A stretch of DNA of 27,061 nt, from positions 1-27,061 of the forward strand of contig CALLVF010000007.1 in assembly GCA_938010745.1 (NCBI GenBank), given 5' to 3'. Numbering within the stretch: the stretch's first letter is position 1; the number at the start of each line of letters is the position of its first letter. Origin of the DNA: an uncultured Patescibacteria group bacterium (GTDB lineage Bacteria > Patescibacteriota > Microgenomatia > UBA1406 > GWC2-37-13). Below are positions 16,180-24,769 of this stretch, piece by piece. Made by a program: the position numbers and the translations under genes. The notes under the pieces are model-generated. The model did no database searches and was not told the DNA's origin. It worked only from the letters and a program-made list of their open reading frames with translations.

Positions 16180-17961
16180 TTAAGAAACAGCCCTTATTGA
16201 TTGATAAGTTACTCTTGTTAAATAAAATAAATTTGAAAAAGGTACTCCAATATAATCTTTACCTATCTCTTGCTCCTTAGTATGATCAATAACTAAAACT
16301 TGCTCACCGGCTTTATAATGAAAATATTCTGATCCTTTTTTTCTTCTATTAAAAACAACATATACAACCCTTGCTTTAGCTTCTGGATTATTTTCATTCA
16401 ATTCTATAGCAATACTATTAACATTTTGACCACCTAAAAGAGTCATTCCACCTTCAACTAATAACACCCCACCATCAGGCTTTAAAAAATCTAAAGCATT
16501 TCTTATCATCTGCCATCTTTTATTAAGATCGCCCACGCAAGCAACTGTGCCTCTTAAAGTCACTAAATCACTTTTTTTAATATCTAACATCTTAGTTAAT
16601 TCTTTTTCCGTTAAATCAGTTTGACCTAAAAAAACACCTTTTCCTCTAAGATCGTTTCTCCATTGAATTATTTCTTGTAATTCTTTTTCTGCTAAAAATT
16701 CATTATCAGGATAGTTAGAATATTTTTCGTGGGAAAAAACACCATCTTTTCCTCTTTTAAATCTTTCAATAGAATAATTCTTCGGATCATCAGATAAAGA
16801 TTTAGGATCTAAAATATCAACAATATGATTTACTTCTACTAATATACCATTTTCTTCTAATCTTTTAATAAGATCATAAAAAGAAGCTCCTAAAGCTCCA
16901 AAACCTAAATCTGATACTGTTAATTTTTGTCTCCCTTTAAAGTGATCTAATAATGCCCTTTCATCATATCTGCCAGAAATTTCTCTTACTTTATTACTTG
17001 GTGCCAGGAAATCAAAAAAATCACTATATTCTAAAGCCTTAAGGAGAAAAGATTTCCATTCTTCGACAGTAAATTTTTCAATATTTCCAGCATCTATTAA
17101 ACCGTGATTTGTCAAAATCATAAGAATATGATCAAAAAGATACAAAACTCCATTATGTTCTCCTCTTAACATTTTCTCAACAACAACCATCAGACCTTGA
17201 AAATATCTTGAACCAAACTCTCTTATTTTATTATTTTGATCTTGATTCTCATAATTCTCATATTGTATTTCTTTATAACTTTTTAACAAAGATTTAAAGG
17301 CTTCAGTTAATTTTTGAGGAATTAATCTTCCTGATTCATTAAAAGATTTACATGCTTGATTATGATTAAATAATAAACCAAAAAAATAAATTGATTCTAA
17401 TTCATTTAAACTATTATCTTTCTTTTGGTGATGAAAATTATCTACATAATTACTAAATTCAAAAAATCCAGGTTTTGCTTGAGTAAAATTCATAGAACCA
17501 AATTCAAGATTAGTCGAGACTAATTGAGATGCTAAAATTAGAGTTGCTAATTTATCTTTATCCCCTGCATAAGTTTGATTAATTTCTTGAAGTAAACTAG
17601 CTATTAACAATGAAGCTATTTTATCTTCAAATTCATAAGATCTAACATACTGTCCTTTTTCATCAAATTGTCTTACTTCATTAGGTAAAATATTATAATA
17701 AAATGAAAAAGGAAAATTGTAAAGACCTTCTATATGAGGATAAATATACGATTCCATTCCACCTAATAAATATTCAAAATAAGAAGGAATTGAGCCATTA
17801 TCTCTTTTTAAAATCAAATAAATAAAACGTCTTCTAAAATCATTAGTTAATACAAGATTATAAAAATCATTGTTACATTTATAAATATCTCCAAAAAATC
17901 CTTTAAATTCACATAAAAATTTTTTTATCACTGTTTTTGTTGATTTTTCAATTTCTTTCAT
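16180..17961 (-). CDS. Hypothetical protein with C-terminal class I SAM-dependent methyltransferase (CheR-like) domain
   Basis: VSDLGFG motif I (~residue 351), IVDI, QTDL, SDLVTLRGTV, ALDFLKPDGGVLLV. Confidence 0.7.
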   Translation of the reverse strand: MKEIEKSTKTVIKKFLCEFKGFFGDIYKCNNDFYNLVLTNDFRRRFIYLILKRDNGSIPSYFEYLLGGMESYIYPHIEGLYNFPFSFYYNILPNEVRQFDEKGQYVRSYEFEDKIASLLIASLLQEINQTYAGDKDKLATLILASQLVSTNLEFGSMNFTQAKPGFFEFSNYVDNFHHQKKDNSLNELESIYFFGLLFNHNQACKSFNESGRLIPQKLTEAFKSLLKSYKEIQYENYENQDQNNKIREFGSRYFQGLMVVVEKMLRGEHNGVLYLFDHILMILTNHGLIDAGNIEKFTVEEWKSFLLKALEYSDFFDFLAPSNKVREISGRYDERALLDHFKGRQKLTVSDLGFGALGASFYDLIKRLEENGILVEVNHIVDILDPKSLSDDPKNYSIERFKRGKDGVFSHEKYSNYPDNEFLAEKELQEIIQWRNDLRGKGVFLGQTDLTEKELTKMLDIKKSDLVTLRGTVACVGDLNKRWQMIRNALDFLKPDGGVLLVEGGMTLLGGQNVNSIAIELNENNPEAKARVVYVVFNRRKKGSEYFHYKAGEQVLVIDHTKEQEIGKDYIGVPFSNLFYLTRVTYQSIRAVS

Positions 17962-17979
17962 GTACTTATTTACCTTAAT

Positions 17980-18068
17980 ATAATATCAAAATATCCCTAA
18001 ATAGCAAGTTAATTTATCCAAACTCCAAGGTTATGCGGGTTGTATAGTAATTATTAATTTGTTATTAT
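17980..18068. promoter_or_regulatory. Divergent sigma70 promoters (methyltransferase and PRTase)
   Basis: Minus strand: TTGCTA 18007-18002, 16 bp, TG-a-TATTAT 17985-17980. Plus strand: TTGTAT 18040-18045, 17 bp, TG-t-TATTAT 18063-18068. Confidence 0.5.
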
Positions 18069-18076
18069 AGTAACTT

Positions 18077-18618
18077 ATGACCTTTCAAAAACTTTCCTGG
18101 CATTCTTTTTACGAAGAATGTCTTTTTTTGGGTAAAAAAATTTTGGACAAAAAAATAAAGATTGACCGTATTATGGCTATTTACCGTTGTGGTTTGGTCC
18201 CGGCAAGAATTTTATCTGATTTTTTATCTTTGCCTATCTCCAATATCGTCATCTCATCATACTCTAATCTTAAACAACTCCATGAACCAGAGATTATTCA
18301 AGTTGCCCTTTTTTCCTGGCACAAAGAAAATCTTTTAATCGTTGATGAAGTATCAGATAGAGAAAAAACTTTTAAAAGAGCCCTTAAATACTTTAAAAAC
18401 AAAAACACCGGCAAAATTTATACTACATCAGTTTATATTAAACCAAAAACCAGTTTTATCCCGGATTTTTATATCAAATCAATTGATGCCTGGATTTTTT
18501 TCCTTACGATCTTAAAGAAACCTATCAAGCCATCCTAAAACAAGAAAAAAACAAAACCAAAGCTTTAAAAAAATTAAAAGAGATTTTTTTAAAAAATGGG
18601 ATAAAGACAATTAATTAA
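18077..18618 (+). pseudogene. Type I (purine, Gpt-like) phosphoribosyltransferase, frameshifted at a T7 run
   Basis: The ORF stops at 18538. One extra T in 18495-18501 restores WIFFPY and reads on to TAA 18616-18618. Motifs are eroded: IYRCG (cf. ISRGG) and VDEVSDREKT (cf. VDxVxDTGxT). Confidence 0.7.
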
Positions 18619-18643
18619 AAGGAACACCCCTTAATAATTTGTT

Positions 18644-19012
18644 ATGAAATACCAAACTGCCCCCGAGATAAAAAAGCAGATAAAACTATTAGTAAAACAA
18701 CTTAAACTTAACCATATTAAAATCAACAATATCCATTGTATCCGCTCATTTGATGCCAAAATGCGAGCAATTGCTCGTATATGGGGAATGAGCAAACTTT
18801 TCAAAGAAGTTGCTGGTCTTGAGCCTCATTATATCATCGAAGTCAACGCTCATCGCTTTGATAAATTATCCGATCGTGAAAAAATTAAAACATTAATCCA
18901 TGAACTATTGCATATCCCAAAAACTTTCTCAGGTGCTCTTCTTTCTCACAAAGGAAGATATCATCAAATAAATGATAAAATAACGGAAAAGTTGTTATTA
19001 AATTTAAAATGA
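18644..19012 (+). CDS. Small putative zinc metallopeptidase (COG4900-like)
   Basis: ARIWG, YIIEV, HELLHIP (HExxH), GAL..H. Confidence 0.75.
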   Translation: MKYQTAPEIKKQIKLLVKQLKLNHIKINNIHCIRSFDAKMRAIARIWGMSKLFKEVAGLEPHYIIEVNAHRFDKLSDREKIKTLIHELLHIPKTFSGALLSHKGRYHQINDKITEKLLLNLK

Positions 19013-19193
19013 CTAAAACTGAAAAGACTAAAAATTCATAAAATTTAAAAAAGGCAGTCTTTTTCAATAAATTAAATTTAAACTTTGCTTAAAAAAGAAT
19101 AAAAAAACTTTGACTTGAAATGGATCAATTTATAATTGATTGTTATTAGCTATTAAATTATATTTTATTGAGTTTTTTATATAATTAAAAATA

Positions 19194-20354
19194 ATGAAAA
19201 AAGTCAGCGCTGCATTGCTGGGAATAATTTTGGCAACAGTTTTTTTTGTTGTTTTTAAATTTAGCCAGTTTTACCAAAAAATCTATACCCCTCAAAAAAA
19301 CCATCTTACCAAAGAAAAGCAATCTTACAACATTCTTCTTTTAGGTTACGCTGGAGGAAAACACGATGGCGCTTATTTGACCGATACAATCTTGTTTTTG
19401 CATTTTAACTTAGCTAGTAAATCAGCCGTTTTAGTTTCTCTACCCCGTGATCTTTGGGTTAAAGTCCCAACCCAAAATGGAGAAAATTTTCACACAAAAA
19501 TAAACAGTCTTTACCAGATGGAGCTTTTTCCTAAAAATTATCCAACCGTTCCTAAAAATTATTCATTCAAGAAAGTTTTTTCCTCTATTTTTGGTTTACC
19601 AATAGATAACTATGTGGCTTTAAATTTTGCCGGTTTTAAAAAAGCTATTGATATTTTAGGAGGCGTGGACATAAATGTTGAGAAGTCATTCACTGACTAT
19701 CAGTACCCAATTGATGGCAAAGAGAATGATATTTGTAATGAGGAAACAGAAAAGCTTTTTAAAGAGGCACAAACCTTTCTTCAACAAGAAGACAACGCTC
19801 AAGATAAAGAAAAAATATTAAAAGATAATCCTAAACTTGATGAGTTTTTAAAAAACTCAACAGAATCGCCTCATCTGGCTTTTCCTTGCCGATACGAAAC
19901 ATTAACCTTTAAAAAGGGTAAAACCCACATGAATGGCGATTTAGCTTTAAAGTATGTTCGCTCCCGTCATTCTTTAGATGATGGTGGGGATTTTGCAAGA
20001 GCGCGAAGACAGCAACTTTTGCTTGAGGCAGTTAAAGAAAAAGCATTAAGTTTGGGAGTTATTCCCAAAATTATCCCTCTTCTTGAGGAGTTAGGAGATA
20101 ATTTAAAAACGGATATTGATCTTGATCAGATAAAAAAATTTACCAAAGAGGCGGCTTTTGCGTCTCATTATCAGGTTAAAAGTTTTGTTCTTTCAACGGA
20201 AAATTATCTTCAATCATCAATTTCAGATGACGGTCAATATATTTTAATTCCCAAAGAAGGAGAAAATCAATGGGAGAAAATCCAAAAAGCAATCCAGCTT
20301 CTTATAAAAGGGATTGATCCCACAAACCTCTCTCCCTCCCCCAACCCCACTTAA
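19194..20354 (+). CDS. LCP (LytR-CpsA-Psr) family glycopolymer transferase
   Basis: N-terminal TM helix, NILLLG, TDTI, SLPRD, F...IDILGGVDI, ALKYVRSRH, DFARARRQQ. Confidence 0.92.
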   Translation: MKKVSAALLGIILATVFFVVFKFSQFYQKIYTPQKNHLTKEKQSYNILLLGYAGGKHDGAYLTDTILFLHFNLASKSAVLVSLPRDLWVKVPTQNGENFHTKINSLYQMELFPKNYPTVPKNYSFKKVFSSIFGLPIDNYVALNFAGFKKAIDILGGVDINVEKSFTDYQYPIDGKENDICNEETEKLFKEAQTFLQQEDNAQDKEKILKDNPKLDEFLKNSTESPHLAFPCRYETLTFKKGKTHMNGDLALKYVRSRHSLDDGGDFARARRQQLLLEAVKEKALSLGVIPKIIPLLEELGDNLKTDIDLDQIKKFTKEAAFASHYQVKSFVLSTENYLQSSISDDGQYILIPKEGENQWEKIQKAIQLLIKGIDPTNLSPSPNPT

Positions 20355-20374
20355 AATCATTAACAACTTATTAT

Positions 20375-20650
20375 ACTAATACTAAATAGTAAATGACAAA
20401 TAGTAAATAGAAAATGGAAATTCGTTATTCGTTATACTTTATTAGTAATTTGTCATTTAACATTTGTCATTTGAAATTTGATATTTGATATTGGATTATT
20501 GGACATGCCTGCTTTGCCCTATGCGAAGCATTTTGGACAGGTATTTAATATTAGATATTAGTAATTAGAAATTATACGTTCCACGTTATACGTTATACAT
20601 AGTGAATTTTGAAAGTTTATAAAGTTAAATGTTAGATGTTAAGTGTTTAT
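20375..20650. repeat. Composite heptamer-periodic palindromic repeat region
   Basis: aaatagt/aaatgac units; aaatgacaaat 20391-20401 pairs with 20448-20458; atttgat units; tatacgt x3-4; central gcctg...caggt module. Confidence 0.8.
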
Positions 20651-20693
20651 AGATACCATAGATATTATCTGTTAAAATATTATTAAAATCTAT

Positions 20694-21332
20694 ATGGTTC
20701 AAATTATCCCCTCAATCATTGCCAAAAATCAAAAAGAACTTGAGGAAAAAATTAACTTGCTTGATTCATCAGCTAATATATTTCAATTGGATATTATGGA
20801 TGAAAAATTTGTTTCCAATCGCTCACTTGATTTTGAATTTCTTCTTCCTCAAAATCCCCAACTTCACTTTGAAGCTCATTTGATGGTGACTGAACCTGAA
20901 AAATGGATCAAAAATTATTGGCAAAAAGTGGAAACAATTTTAGCTCCTATTGAAGCATGTCAGCAACCGGGTAAAATTTTAAAATTTTTAAAAAACAAAA
21001 AGAAATTTGGTTTTGCCTTAAATCCCCAGACACCAGTTGAAAGAATCAAAAATTTTCTTGGACAAATTGATCAGGTTTTAATTTTAACTGTTGAACCAGG
21101 TTTTTATGGAGGAAAATTTTTGCCCCAGACTCTGCAAAAAGTTAAAGTTCTTCGTCAGTTAAAACCTAATCTTGATATTGAAGTTGACGGTGGGATAAAT
21201 ACGGGAACCATCAAAATGGCAATTGAGGCAGGAGCCAATCTTTTAGTTTCTGGATCATATATTTTTAATTCAAAAAATCCAAAAAAAGCTTGGGAGGATT
21301 TACAAAAAATAATCAATGCAAATTTAAAATGA
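20694..21332 (+). CDS. rpe: Ribulose-phosphate 3-epimerase
   Basis: PSI, DIMD..FV, AHLMV, ALNP.TP, TVEPGF.G, IEVDGGIN, GA..LVSGS.IF. Confidence 0.93.
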   Translation: MVQIIPSIIAKNQKELEEKINLLDSSANIFQLDIMDEKFVSNRSLDFEFLLPQNPQLHFEAHLMVTEPEKWIKNYWQKVETILAPIEACQQPGKILKFLKNKKKFGFALNPQTPVERIKNFLGQIDQVLILTVEPGFYGGKFLPQTLQKVKVLRQLKPNLDIEVDGGINTGTIKMAIEAGANLLVSGSYIFNSKNPKKAWEDLQKIINANLK

Positions 21333-23185
21333 ACGAAAATATCAATAGAGAAAAATTAGAAAAAATTGCCAAATTCATCCGTTATCTTATCCTTACTTCA
21401 ACCACTGAAGCTGGCTCTGGTCATCCAACCTCTTGTTTATCAGCTGTTGAGCTTTTAACCACCTTATTTTTTGCCGGCTTTTTTCAAGCTGATCTTGATG
21501 ACCCTCAAAATCCAGTCAACGACCGGTTAATTTTCTCCAAAGGTCATGCCGCTCCCCTTCTTTACGCTCTTTATACTGTGGCTGGAAAAGTAAGTATCAA
21601 ACAATTATTAACTTTAAGAAAATTTTCCTCTCCTCTTGAGGGCCACCCCATTCCCTCTTTTCCATTTGTCCAGGTGGCAACTGGATCATTGGGGCAAGGT
21701 TTATCAATTGGTGTTGGCATGGCTTTAAATGGAAAATATCTAGATAAAATTCCCTATCGTACATTCGTTCTTTTAGGTGATAGTGAGATGAGTGAAGGGT
21801 CAAACTGGGAAGCCATTCAAATTGCCTCTTATTATCGATTAGATAATCTTATCGGCATTATTGATGTTAATCGTTTAGGACAAAGGGGGGAGACAATGTA
21901 TGCTCACAATATCAAAGCCTATCAAAAACGAATTGAGGCTTTTGGCTGGCGAACTTTTCTCGTTGAGGATGGTCACTCATTTGATCAAATAAGCAAAGCC
22001 TACAGTGAAGCTTTGAAGAGCAAAAATCAGCCATCAATTATTATCGCCAAAACCATCAAAGGCAAAGGGATAAGCTTTCTTGAGGGCAAAAACGGCTATC
22101 ATGGAAAAGCTTTAAACAAAAACCAACTAGAACAGGCTTTAAAAGAATTATCGCCTGTTGATACCATGATTAAAGAAGAATTAAAAAAACCTTCAATTTT
22201 TGTTAATACTTACCCAAAAAGCCAAAATACAAGTCAAAAGTTATCTTTAAGCTACAAAAAAAAGGAATTAGTTTCTACTCGAAAAGCCTATGGCAATGCT
22301 TTGGTAAGAATTTTTCCGTATTTTCCTCAAATGGTGGTTTTAGATGCTGAGGTGTCAAACTCGACTTTTGCTCAAATTTTTAAAGAAAAATATCCAGAAA
22401 ATTTTTTTGAGATGTTTATTGCCGAGCAAAATATGGCGGCAGTAGCTTTGGGTTTATCTTCTTGCAAGAAAATTCCTTTTGCCTCAACTTTTGCCGCCTT
22501 TTGGGGTCGAGCTTTTGATCAAATTAGGATGAGTCAGTATTCACAGGCTAATATCAAATTTATTGGCTGCCATGCCGGCGTATCAGTTGGTGAAGATGGC
22601 CCATCACAAATGGGCCTTGAAGATATAGCTATTTTTCGCTCAATTTTGGAAAGCGCAGTTCTTTACTCAGCCGATGCTGTTTCAACCGAAAAGTTGGTTG
22701 AGGAAGCAGCCAAATATCAAGGAATTGTCTATATAAGAACAACTCGTCCGGAAACGCCAATTATTTACAATGAAGACGAAACTTTTCCCATTGGTGGATG
22801 CAAAACATTGCGCCAAAGTGAAAAAGATCAAGTCAGTGTTGTTGCCGCTGGTATTACTTTACATGAGGCATTAAAAGCCTATGAGATATTAAAAAAAGAA
22901 AATATTTTCATAAGAGTAATTGATCTATACAGCGTCAAACCAATTGATGAGCAAACGTTGAAAGAAGCGGCTCGACAGACAAAAGCAATTGTAACTGTTG
23001 AGGATCACTACCCACAAGGGGGCATAGGTGAGGCAGTAGCCTCAACTTTAGCTCAAGAAAAAACTCCTATTTTTATAATGGCAGTTCAAAAACTTCCCAA
23101 AAGTGGTAGCTGGCAAAAGCTTTTGCAATATGAGGAAATTTGCGCTGACTCAATTGTTAAAAAGGTGAAAGAAATTGTAATTTAA
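21329..23185 (+). CDS. tkt: Transketolase
   Basis: SGHPTS, SKGHAAP, GSLGQG, GDSE...N ThDP motif, IAEQ, GEDGPSQ. Start moved to ATG 21329 (ATGA overlap with rpe). Confidence 0.95.
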   Translation: MNENINREKLEKIAKFIRYLILTSTTEAGSGHPTSCLSAVELLTTLFFAGFFQADLDDPQNPVNDRLIFSKGHAAPLLYALYTVAGKVSIKQLLTLRKFSSPLEGHPIPSFPFVQVATGSLGQGLSIGVGMALNGKYLDKIPYRTFVLLGDSEMSEGSNWEAIQIASYYRLDNLIGIIDVNRLGQRGETMYAHNIKAYQKRIEAFGWRTFLVEDGHSFDQISKAYSEALKSKNQPSIIIAKTIKGKGISFLEGKNGYHGKALNKNQLEQALKELSPVDTMIKEELKKPSIFVNTYPKSQNTSQKLSLSYKKKELVSTRKAYGNALVRIFPYFPQMVVLDAEVSNSTFAQIFKEKYPENFFEMFIAEQNMAAVALGLSSCKKIPFASTFAAFWGRAFDQIRMSQYSQANIKFIGCHAGVSVGEDGPSQMGLEDIAIFRSILESAVLYSADAVSTEKLVEEAAKYQGIVYIRTTRPETPIIYNEDETFPIGGCKTLRQSEKDQVSVVAAGITLHEALKAYEILKKENIFIRVIDLYSVKPIDEQTLKEAARQTKAIVTVEDHYPQGGIGEAVASTLAQEKTPIFIMAVQKLPKSGSWQKLLQYEEICADSIVKKVKEIVI

Positions 23186-23277
23186 GCAAATTAATCTAAT
23201 TGCCTGCCTTCAAAACCCTTATAACCTAAAATCAAAAAAATAAATAATAAATCAGCTATCACAATAATCAATCACTA

Positions 23278-23350
23278 GTTTTCAATTTTCAAATTTGAAT
23301 TTTGAATTTTTAATTCTTAATTTTGAATTTTGTATTTTGAATTTGAAATC
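23278..23350. repeat. Tandem heptamer tract (tttgaat-like x8)
   Basis: tttgaat tttgaat ttttaat tcttaat tttgaat tttgtat tttgaat ttgaaat. Confidence 0.8.
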
Positions 23351-23613
23351 TGCATTTAAAATAAACCCACAAGATATTTTCTATCTTACCTGCAACCGCT
23401 GTCAAGATAGAATTTTTATTAATATTTACATCTTCAAATCAATATTTTCTATATTGACTGCTATCGCCTAACAGATAGAATTTTACTTTTTTTCAATCCC
23501 CGAGACTTCTTTTATAAAAAAATCAACTCCAGCCGATAAAACCTTAACATAAGAAGTGTTTTTAATGATTGAATAACAAGAATCAATTTAAATTTAAAAA
23601 AAACCCACACGGA

Positions 23614-23913
23614 TTAAAAATGTTCGTTAACACTTCCATCATTGACAATTAAAACATTTTTTTTGGATAAGTAAGAACCAACTCTGTTAAAAAAGGGAAA
23701 AGTTGGCTCTGTAACTTCTTTACCTACTATCTAATTTGCATCTGGATTTGATAAGATAGAAGCTTTATAAAAATAAAGCCCTAACTCTTCACCCATCTTT
23801 AAAACAACCAAAAAAAGCTATAATTCAGGTATGACATCGTTTAGTATTTCTCTGAACAGGCGCATTTTAATCAATAATATTGTCCCCCCGCTATCTTTAA
23901 TCAAAGTCTTTTC
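23614..23913 (-). pseudogene. Possible decayed gene remnant of unknown function
   Basis: One 100-codon frame with two internal TAG stops (23818-23820, 23731-23733) and protein-like composition (...SKKNVLIVNDGSV). Confidence 0.3.
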
Positions 23914-24362
23914 CTAATTATAATTTAAACTTTAATTTGATCTATTAGGTCTTTATAATCGATATTTTCCCTATTTGAATTATTTTGATTGTTTTTTTTC
24001 TCTAAGTAAAATTTTTTATATTATATGCTCCTAAATTAAGTAAAAAATTAATTAAGGAACCTTTCTTGTTTTATTTTAGGAAGTTATTTTTGCTTTTTTC
24101 TCGATTATTAATTTTGGTTGAAGCAAAGAAAAATTATAACTGATTTTTATTTTTAGCAACTAATTTTGTCTATTAGTTTAGTAATCTTCCATATTCAAAA
24201 AATTTTTCATCTTCTTTAAATTTTTTTCTATTGATAAAATATTTAAAATTTAAAAATAAATCAAGAAAATTCTCTCTCTGCTATGCGCTTTAATAAGTTA
24301 AATTTTTCCCTTTAAATAAACTAGAAAACATTCGCAAAGAACTAATCAATAATTTTTCCAAC

Positions 24363-24452
24363 TGGCGGAGGAGGTGGGATTCGAACCCACGCGAGCCTTG
24401 CGGCTCAAGGGTTTAGCAAACCCTCGCAATGGACCAGCTATGCGACTCCTCC
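24363..24452 (-). tRNA. tRNA-Ser (GCT), class II with long variable arm, CCA encoded
   Basis: GGAGGAG/CTCCTCC acceptor, AGGGT-TTGCTAA-ACCCT, variable arm GAGCC-GCAA-GGCTC, GTGGG-TTCGAAT-CCCAC, GCCA end. Confidence 0.97.
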
Positions 24453-24724
24453 ATAATTATCGGTTTAGTCTCAAAATCAAATTGCTAAATCGAAGAATTA
24501 GCTTAGTACTTCGGAATCCCGAATTTGTAGTCCGACATGGCCGGACAAATACATCTTGAAAAAACCGCCACGATAAACCATCTATGCCAACTCCTAATTT
24601 TTCTTAATTTTATATTATTTTACCTTAAATCGCTATAAAATAAAACCACCAAAAAAGATAAATGTTTTATTTTCCCACCTATTTTTTTGGAAAAATATTA
24701 AATTTACACTTTCAAAAACAATTC

Positions 24725-24755
24725 TTGATTTTTTTTATATTTTTTTTTATATAAT
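24725..24755 (+). promoter_or_regulatory. Probable sigma70 promoter of the Nudix fusion gene
   Basis: TTGATT 24725-24730; TATATA at 17 bp or TATAAT 24750-24755 at 19 bp. Confidence 0.35.
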
Positions 24756-24769
24756 ATTAGCCTAAAAAT

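Noticed and set aside
21290-21328. Longer tkt start given by the ORF track
   Set aside because: It would overlap rpe by 43 nt; ATG 21329 gives a typical ATGA coupling.
23278-23350. CRISPR array (this and the other repeat tracts)
   Set aside because: Units are ~7 nt, tandem and degenerate, with no unique spacers and no cas genes.
23614-23913. TAG read-through/recoding, or a GT2 fragment (VLIVNDGS)
   Set aside because: A normal gene in the window ends in TAG (3498-3500), and the spacing to an upstream IPxYN-type motif does not fit GT2.
24374-24559. 61-aa ORF MGFEPTRA...
   Set aside because: Antisense shadow of tRNA-Ser.
24495-24560. Small hairpins upstream of tRNA-Ser (ttcgg/ccgaa; gtccg/cggac)
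   Set aside because: The 5-bp stems do not assemble into a tRNA or any RNA family I recognise.
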